In this document: piece by piece, positions 31,790 through 38,404 of the stretch
Layout of the letters: each line of letters begins with the position of its first letter
Position numbering within the stretch: the first letter of the stretch is position 1
Assembly (NCBI RefSeq): GCF_006345805.1
Contig: NW_021835787.1
Span: 1-38,404, forward strand
Direction of reading: 5' to 3'
DNA: 38,404 nucleotides
DNA from: Octopus sinensis
Taxonomy: Eukaryota
The notes under the pieces: generated by a model
What the model was told of the DNA's origin: nothing
Databases searched by the model: none
Seen by the model: the letters and a program-made list of their open reading frames with translations, nothing else
Made by a program: the position numbers and the translations under genes

Positions 31790-32330
31790 AGACCTGAAAT
31801 TTTGTGGGTGGGGATGGTCAATTACAATGACCCCAGCACTTATTTCATCAACCCCCAAAAGGATAAAAGACAATCTTAGCAGAATTTGAACTCAGGTCGT
31901 AAAGATGGACAAAATGTGTTCAGGATTTTGACCGGCAGGCTAACAATTCCGCCACCTTAATGTTGATAATAATAATCCTTTCTACTGAAGGCACAAGGCC
32001 TGAAATTTGGGGGGAGGGTACTAGGCAATTACATTGACCCCAGTGTTTCACTGGTACTCAATTTAAAGACCCCAAAGCGATGAAAGGCAACGTTAGCCTC
32101 GGTGGAATTTGAACTCAGAATGTAAGGACATATAAAATGCTGCTGTGCATTTTGCCTAGTATGCTAATGATTCTGCCAGCTTACTGCCTCAGCTCGCCAC
32201 CTTAATAATAATAATAATGATAATAATAATTCTTTCTACTATAGGCACAAGGCCTGAAATTTAGTGGGAGGGCGGAGCAGTCAATTAGATCGACCCCAGT
32301 ATGCAACTGGTACTTAATTTATCGACACCA
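31790..32330 (-). mobile_element. Three adjacent diverged family B variants with an alternative tail (CACAAGGCCTGAAATTT)
   Basis: GACCCCAG...ACTGGTACT...GAATTTGAACTCAG repeated; separated by (TAA)n. Confidence 0.7.
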
Positions 32331-32365
32331 ATACACACACATGCATACATACATACATACATACA

Positions 32366-32398
<33 letters not shown>

Positions 32399-32641
32399 GT
32401 AACGGGAAACTTTATGAAAATAGACAAAAGACGAAGGCAGGTTTACGGAAATAAACAAAAGACGAAGTCAGGTGGAATACAAACAAACAATTGTATTAGT
32501 ATGGCGCTCAGGAAATATAAATAAAACAAGTCTTTTATATATATATAGTTAATCCAAACATGAATGCACAAAGAAAAAAACACAACAACGTGAGGACGTG
32601 GAACAAATATAGTATTATTGGACGCTAAGGAAAGGAGGAGG

Positions 32642-32676
32642 GTTTAACGTTTCGAGCGGAGCTCTTCGTCAGAAAC
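32642..32676 (-). ncRNA. Minimal type I hammerhead-like motif, intact core
   Basis: GUUU-CUGACGA-A-GAGC-UCC-GCUC-GAAA-CG-U-U-AAAC. Stem III can form only in trans via the ACGU palindrome; there is one extra A after A9. Confidence 0.55.
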
Positions 32677-32811
32677 ATAGGAGAAGGAAAGATCCAGAGA
32701 AGGGAAGACAGAGGGAAAAAAATCGCCAACGGCACACACGCGGTCACATGACCACGTGTGTATCGTTGGCGATTTTCTTTCTCCGGCTTCCCTTCTTTGG
32801 ACTTTTTCTAT

Positions 32812-32846
32812 ATTTCTGATGAAGAGCTCCGCTGGAAACGTGAAAT
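32812..32846 (+). ncRNA. Minimal hammerhead-like motif, probably inactive
   Basis: ATTT-CTGATGA-A-GAGC-TCC-GCTG-GAAA-CG-T-G-AAAT: stem II closing mismatch and G at the cleavage position; stem I covaries (GTTT/AAAC to ATTT/AAAT). Confidence 0.45.
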
Positions 32847-32940
32847 CCTCCTTCTTTCTTTCCTTTCATGAGCATCCAATAACACTATACTTATTCCACG
32901 ACCTCGCATTGTTGTGTTTCCTCTTTGTTCATGTTTGGAT

Positions 32941-32977
<37 letters not shown>

Positions 32978-33763
32978 CGGGCTTCCTTCAGTTTCTGCCT
33001 ACCAAATCCTCTCACAAGGCTTTAGTAGAAGACAATTGCTCAAGGGGCTACGCAGTGGGACTGAACCCAGAACCATGTGGCTGGTAAGCAAGCTACTTAC
33101 CACACAGCCACTCCTGCACCTGTTATAGTTCTAAAAAAAAAATTTTTTTTTGCCATTTTCTTTCTTGATAATCAACAGTACCCTTGAAAATGGTATCACT
33201 TAGCATATCCAAAGACCATTAACAGAAACTAGTAACAAAAAATATATATAGAAAATTGGAATGAAATTAAAAAAAAAAGAGGAAAAAAACGAAAATGAAA
33301 GTAGCTGAGATAATGCTGTTAGGAAGGAAGTCATATATTGCCATGGAATGAGATTTCCTTAATTGATCGAAAACCATAATGGTAACCCGAGACAAAAATC
33401 AAAGAACGAGTACATCTATTGCTTCATGGTAACCCGGTCAATATGCTTAGTACTAATATCAGCTCAATAAAATCGGTTTTTACTGGAAAATAAATTTCAA
33501 TAGCCTACAGGTGTAGCATTAGTTTTACAGGTGTTGTGAGTCTCATGGATAAGAATGAGATTACTTTTAGCTTAAATGTAGTGGTTGCTAGTTCAAATCC
33601 TACTCTGGGAGGTCTTTATTGTTTTTTTTTTTTACATGATTCAGTCATTTGACTCTGGCCATACCGGAGCACCACCTTTGGTCAAAGAAATCAACCTCAG
33701 GACTTATTCTATCGCTCTCTTTTGTCAGACTGGTAAGTTATGGAGACATAAACACACTAACAG

Positions 33764-33808
<45 letters not shown>

Positions 33809-33881
33809 GGGCATATGGCATAGTGGTTAAGAGCGCAGGCTACTAACCCCAAGATTCCAAGTTCGATTCCAGTCAGTGACC
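33809..33881 (+). mobile_element. Short tRNA-like element (tRNA-derived SINE head or tRNA pseudogene)
   Basis: TGGCATAGTGGTTAAG (A box) and GTTCGATTCC (B box) followed by (TAA)n; acceptor stem does not pair. Confidence 0.6.
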
Positions 33882-33889
33882 ATAATAAT

Positions 33890-34290
33890 AATACTCTTTC
33901 TCTTTACTCTTTTACTTGTTTCAGTCATTTGACTGCGGTATGCTGGAGCACCACCTTTAATCGAGCAACTCGACCCTGGGACTTATTCTTTTGTAAGCCC
34001 AGTACTTATTCTATCAGTCTCTTTTGCCAAACCGCTAAGTAACAGGGACACACCAGCATCGGTTGTCAAGCAATGCTAGGGGGACAAACACAGACACACA
34101 TGCACATATATATATACATATATACGATGGGCTTCTTTCAGTTTCCATCTACCAAATCCACTCACAAGGCTTTGGTCGGCCCGAGGCTATAGCAGAAGAC
34201 ACTTGCCCAAGGTGCCACGCAGTGGGACTGAACCCGGAACCATATGGTTGGTAGAGAAGCTACTTACCACACAGCCACTCCTGCACCTAC
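33890..34290 (-). mobile_element. Family A SINE, full length
   Basis: Family A match. Further fragments at ~32975-33120, 33635-33770, 34465-34630, 34995-35090 and 35410-35735. Confidence 0.85.
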
Positions 34291-34294
34291 TGAT

Positions 34295-34460
34295 AATAAC
34301 ATAAGAAAATACCTTAGGAATGAGAAGCCAGGTTTGAAATTTCCCCAAGACACCTAATGAAGACTGGAGGGTATATCAGCCGAAAAGTTGTGTTAACAAC
34401 AAACAAGATGAGGACAAATATCCGTTAAATATAAATAATGTAAATAATGTTAATAATGTA
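34295..34460 (+). mobile_element. Penelope-like terminal repeat (family H3) with decayed hammerhead motif at 34349-34394
   Basis: GACAC-CTAATGA-A-GACTG-GAGGGTATAT-CAGCC-GAAA-AG-T-T-GTGTT. Confidence 0.5.
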
Positions 34461-34650
34461 CACAATAGGCTTCTTTCAGTTTCCATCTACCAAGTTCACT
34501 CCCAAGGTTTTGGTCGGTTTGAGGCTAAAATAGAAGACACTTGTCCAAGGCTCCACGCAGTGGGAATGAACCCGGAACCATGTGGTTGGGAAGCAAGCTT
34601 CTTACCACACAGCCACACTTGCACCTATGTGTACATCTAGGATTAAAATG

Positions 34651-34885
34651 TTCAACTCTTTAGCATATTAACCAGTCATAACTGGCCACAATATTCTAGG
34701 ATTTTTATGCTAAAACTTGACCAGGTCCTACATCTCACATCTCCCCTATAATGTCATCCTATAAATATACAATCACATCATTGAAATCTCGAAGCTACAA
34801 GACAATGCAGGATTAATTAATTTAAAGCTTTGCGAATAAATGAGCATTACTTTTGATAGAATAATTTGAATGCTAAAGACTAAAA
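34651..34885. mobile_element. Degenerate piggyBac-type MITE; inverted partial copy at ~35745-35865
   Basis: Ends TCAACTCTTTAGCAT ... ATGCTAAAGACTAA resemble TTAA-CCCTTTAGCAT. CCTACATCTCACATCTCCCCTATAATGTCATCCTATAAATATA is roughly mirrored by TATATTTAGAATGACATTGTAGGTTAGGTGTGAGG. Confidence 0.5.
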
Positions 34886-35099
34886 CAAGTTAACGAGTAA
34901 AAGGTTCAAATGTGATCGTTATTTTGCTCAAATTGTTTTTAATTAATCATGTGTTATCTTGAAGCTTGGAAAGTTCAGTGATGTGATTTGATCTTTTTTA
35001 TTGTTTCAATCATTTGACTGTGGCCATGCTGGTGCACTGCAATAAAGGGTCTTTTTTTAATCAAAGAAATCAACCTCAGAACTCAGTGTTTTAAATCTG

Positions 35100-35410
35100 G
35101 GTTTTGCTCCCGTTAATGGGTGGTCTAATCTACCTCAGTACCATAGCAACCGAGGTAGGCAGGTGCAGCCCACCCCAACCTTTGGGCTGGCTTTTGCCCA
35201 TTCTCCTCTGCTATCATGAAGCTTTTTTGGTGTTGGATTTTCTGTGGGGAGCATGCCCTTGCTTACTCCCAACCTCAGTTTCTAGGCATGTGTGGTCTTG
35301 AGACCAAGGGCCTCTACCATGATTGTTAAGAAATGTGGTGGAAAACTAGCTCAGGAAGGCAGGGATGCTACACCCTGAAACCCCTTTTGGAGCTCCACTA
35401 CCTCCCAGAA
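35100..35410 (-). mobile_element. Probable LINE 5'-region fragment inserted in a family A SINE
   Basis: GC-richer block splitting a family A copy; the minus-strand motif GCAAGGGCATGCTCCC resembles invertebrate LINE 5' regions I recall. No protein motif found. Confidence 0.3.
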
Positions 35411-35979
35411 CTTATTCTTTGTAAGCCTAGTACTTACTCTATCAGTCTCTTTTGCCAAACTGCTAAGTTATGGGGACATAAACACACCAACAAGGGTTGT
35501 CAAGTGATGGTGGTGGTGGACAAACATAGACACAGACACACACACACACAAATATATGTATATATATATATATACAACAGGCTTCTTTCAGTTTCCGTCT
35601 ACCAAATCCACTCACAAGGCTTTGATCAGCTTGAGGCTATAGCAGAAGATACTTGCCCAAGGTTCCACGCAGTGGGACTGAACCCAGAACCATGCGGTTG
35701 AGAAGTAAGTTTCTTACCACACAGCCACAGCTGTGCCTAGTAGCTTATATTTAGAATGACATTGTAGGTTAGGTGTGAGGGGCCAGATCCAGCCAGCTTG
35801 AACCATCCACCATACAAGAAGAGTATTTGGGCTGGATATGGCAGGTTTAAAGTGCTAAAAGGTCTGAAATACAGTTTGTCTTGGAATTTCGATTTTAGAC
35901 ACAGCTTCTGTCACTAGCAAACCCAAATGCACAAACACACACACACTCACACTCATACACACACACACAGACACACACA

Positions 35980-36545
35980 CATTCTCTCTCTCTTCCTCTC
36001 TCTCTTTCTTGCTCTTTGTTTCTCCCCATCTCTCTTTCTCTCTCTTTGCTGCCCTCTCTCTCTATTTCTCTCTCTTTCTCACTTTGTCACTCCTCTTCTT
36101 TCTATTTCTCTCCCCCTCTTGCTCTTTGTCTCTCTTCCCTCTCCTCCTCTCTTTCTTTTTCCTGCTCTCTTTCTCTGTTTTTTCTTCCCTCTCTCTCAAT
36201 CTCTGTCTCTTTGTCTCTCTCCCCGCTCTCTTTCTCTTGCTCTTTGTCTTTCTCGTTCCCTCTCTCTTTTTCTCTCCCCTCCCCTCTCTCCTTTCTTTCT
36301 TCCTCCCTCTTACCCTCCCTCTTTCTTCTCCTTCTCCTCCCTCCTCTCCTTCTTTCTCCTCCCTCTCTCTCCTTTCTTTCTCCTCCCCTCTCTCCTTTCT
36401 TCCCCTCCCTTTCTCTCCCCTCTTTCCTTTCTTTCTCCTCCCCCCTCTCTCCTCTCTTTCTCTCCTCTCTATACCCTTCTCCTTTCTTTCTCCTCCCTCT
36501 ATCTCCTTTCGTTCCCCCGCTCTCCTTTCTCTCTCCAACACCAGC
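35980..36545. repeat. ~560-bp polypyrimidine (CT/CCT/CTT) tract
   Basis: Visible directly. Source of the L/S/P/F and R/E/K/G ORFs. Confidence 0.95.
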
Positions 36546-36789
36546 CATCCCTGCTGTTTATGTTGCATTATAAAAAAAATTTCCCCATTTTTTTCCATGA
36601 ACTGGAATCTCATAGAGTTTTAGGCTGAAGCATTGAGTACTTTCAGAGCTTTTAACACTCACTCTAACCATCGCATGATTGCTCTTAGTCTCATCATGTG
36701 GCTTTTCCGTTTATTTTTCTTTTTTCCACCATGTCTGCAGTTTGTGTTTTGCAATCTTCCAGTCTTGTTCTGTCAATCAATACTCAATC

Positions 36790-37030
36790 CTGACATTGTC
36801 GTCATCACCATCAACATCAGCATCATTGTCGTCGTCATCACCATCACCATCTTCATCGTTGTTGTCATCACCACCATCATTATCATCAGTGTCAGCATCA
36901 TCATTTTCATCATCATATTTCAACATTATGATCGTCGTCGTCATCACCACCATCATTATCGTCAGCGTCAGCATCATCATTTTCATCATCAACACTGCCA
37001 CCATCGTCAGCATCATGCTCATCATTTTAT
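36790..37030. repeat. Degenerate (CAT)n/(CGT)n trinucleotide tract, followed by TA/TG microsatellite to ~37360
   Basis: Visible directly. Confidence 0.85.
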
Positions 37031-37164
37031 GTTGTAATCAATTTTCAAACCTGTGCTTCCAAGTGTCTAGTGTGTGTATGTGTATATTTATATATATGTG
37101 TCTGTGTGTGTGATGTATGTATATACATGTATATATATATATATTTGTGTGTGTATGTATGTAT

Positions 37165-37204
<40 letters not shown>

Positions 37205-37369
37205 GTGTGTGTGTATGTATGTATATACATGTATATATATATATTTGTGTGTGTGTGTGTATGTATATACATGTATATATATATTTGTGTGTGTGTATGT
37301 ATGTATATATATAAATATTTGTGTGTATGTGTGTGTGTGTATTATATATGTATGTATGTAACTGCATGT

Positions 37370-37585
37370 GAACTGTTGATGATTTTTCCTCCTTCTTTCT
37401 CCTTTCCCTTTGGACCTTCCTATTTTTCCTGTTTCTGACAAAGAGCTATGCTCGAAATGTAAAACAACAACTCTCTTCTTTCTCTGAGCGTCATATTAAT
37501 AGATTGCTTGTGCTACGTCCTAACATTTGATTTGTTTGTGTTTTCCTTTTTCTTTTTTTCTGTTTTTTTAATTGACTATATATAC
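37370..37585 (+). mobile_element. Diverged family H2 Penelope-like repeat with inactive hammerhead motif (37430-37466)
   Basis: TGTTT-CTGACAA-A-GAGC-TAT-GCTC-GAAA-TG-T-A-AAACA (G8 to A). Confidence 0.55.
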
Positions 37586-38169
37586 ACATACATGTATATA
37601 TATATATACATATCTATATATAAAACTGAAATGCGTTTTTACTGCTTGGATTGCTTTCAATCGCTTTTACCGCTTGGAGCGTCCGATTCGCTCCAAAATT
37701 TACAGGGAAATGTAGAATGAGGTGACGATGCCAGTGGGCTACCTTAGAAATCCCTATCTTAAAAGGTGTGGTTGCTAGGGACCATCTTCCTCACTCACGC
37801 TATTTCCTATATTACCCTCTCACTCCTCTTCAGTTAGTCCACTCCCGTTATTTAATGTAAGAACATTTTCACTCATTCTATCTCTTAGCTTCCCATAATT
37901 TTTACTCATGTATCTCTATAAGAGAAACAATTCCATCGCCACAGCAGCATTCTATTGTCTACCTGTCAACGCGCCCATCGACCAAATACAAACAGAACAC
38001 ACCAACGAGCGTTTATATACATGTGTGTGTGGTGGTGTGTTCTATATATAAATATGTATATATAATGTATATATACAAAGTGTATATATCTGTATTTATG
38101 TATATAAACTTTTAATAACTTTTTGATAGTTAAGTAAAGGGAACTGGTTGCTTCTTTAAACTTTACGGG

Positions 38170-38365
38170 TGGATGCTCTTCCTAACGCCAACCACTCTGT
38201 GAGCGTAGTGGGTGCTTTTTCGTGCCGCCGGCACAGGTGCCAAGGGGGCTGGCAGTGGCCACGATCGGTTGGTGCTTTTTACGTGCCACCAGCACAGAAG
38301 CCAGTCAAGGCAGCGCTGCATTCCGCCACGTTCGGATGGTGCTTTTTACATGCTGAAAGGAAGCA
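38170..38365 (-). mobile_element. Family D fragment
   Basis: GGATGCTCTTCCTAACGCCAACCACTC...GGTGCTTTTTACGTGCCACC. Confidence 0.75.
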
Positions 38366-38404
38366 ATAGAAAGTAACAACCACACTCTTACCCCCGTGTA
38401 GAGC

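Larger units (their letters stand above)
32547..32947. mobile_element. Head-to-head inverted repeat (family H2, Penelope-like terminal repeat), ~200-bp arms
   Basis: AGTTAATCCAAACATGAA... mirrors ...TTCATGTTTGGATTAACT; centre near GCGGTCACATGACCACG (~32748); (TA)n on both sides. Confidence 0.85.

Noticed and set aside
33809-33881. Functional tRNA gene
   Set aside because: Acceptor and anticodon stems pair poorly; an ACT anticodon with no long variable arm is inconsistent with tRNA-Ser; it has a (TAA)n tail like a SINE.
35100-35230. HDV-like ribozyme fold (GGGTGG/CCACCC with inner hairpin)
   Set aside because: The required P1.1 GG, P3 and P4/J4-2 arrangement could not be built.
35927-37441. 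Long ORFs of 110-233 aa, and similar ones at 2821-3488, 6980-7501, 24013-24367, 26725-27376 and 27881-28438
   Set aside because: These are translations of microsatellites and polypyrimidine tracts, open in several frames and on both strands.

Overview
Eukaryotic, AT-rich, extremely repeat-dense genomic DNA. The SINE, MITE and microsatellite landscape is the kind I associate with octopus (coleoid cephalopod) genomes; this is an inference from repeat motifs, not a database match. The window appears to be mostly intron of a + strand gene. Its only recognisable coding exon (14856-15084) encodes a rolling stone (rost)-like multipass membrane protein segment. The one long intact ORF (12979-14166, minus, 395 aa) is a LINE ORF1p with a CCHC zinc knuckle. 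It lies in a TSD-flanked 2.05 kb retroelement that has no ORF2 (HAL1/half-L1-like) and is inserted in the tRNA-derived head of a SINE. The rest comprises at least four SINE or LINE-tail families (labelled A-D here), a decayed L1/Tx1 RT remnant, piggyBac-, Mutator- and mariner-type MITEs, a small Helitron, fold-back elements, minisatellites and microsatellites. Most notable are two head-to-head inverted (palindromic) Penelope-type repeats (21221-21564 and 32547-32947). Each carries a type I hammerhead ribozyme motif on both strands. All five + strand (host-sense) hammerhead copies carry core or stem-disrupting changes, while two minus-strand copies are intact. Almost all other ORF-track entries are microsatellite or SINE artefacts. 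Boundaries of degenerate repeats are approximate.
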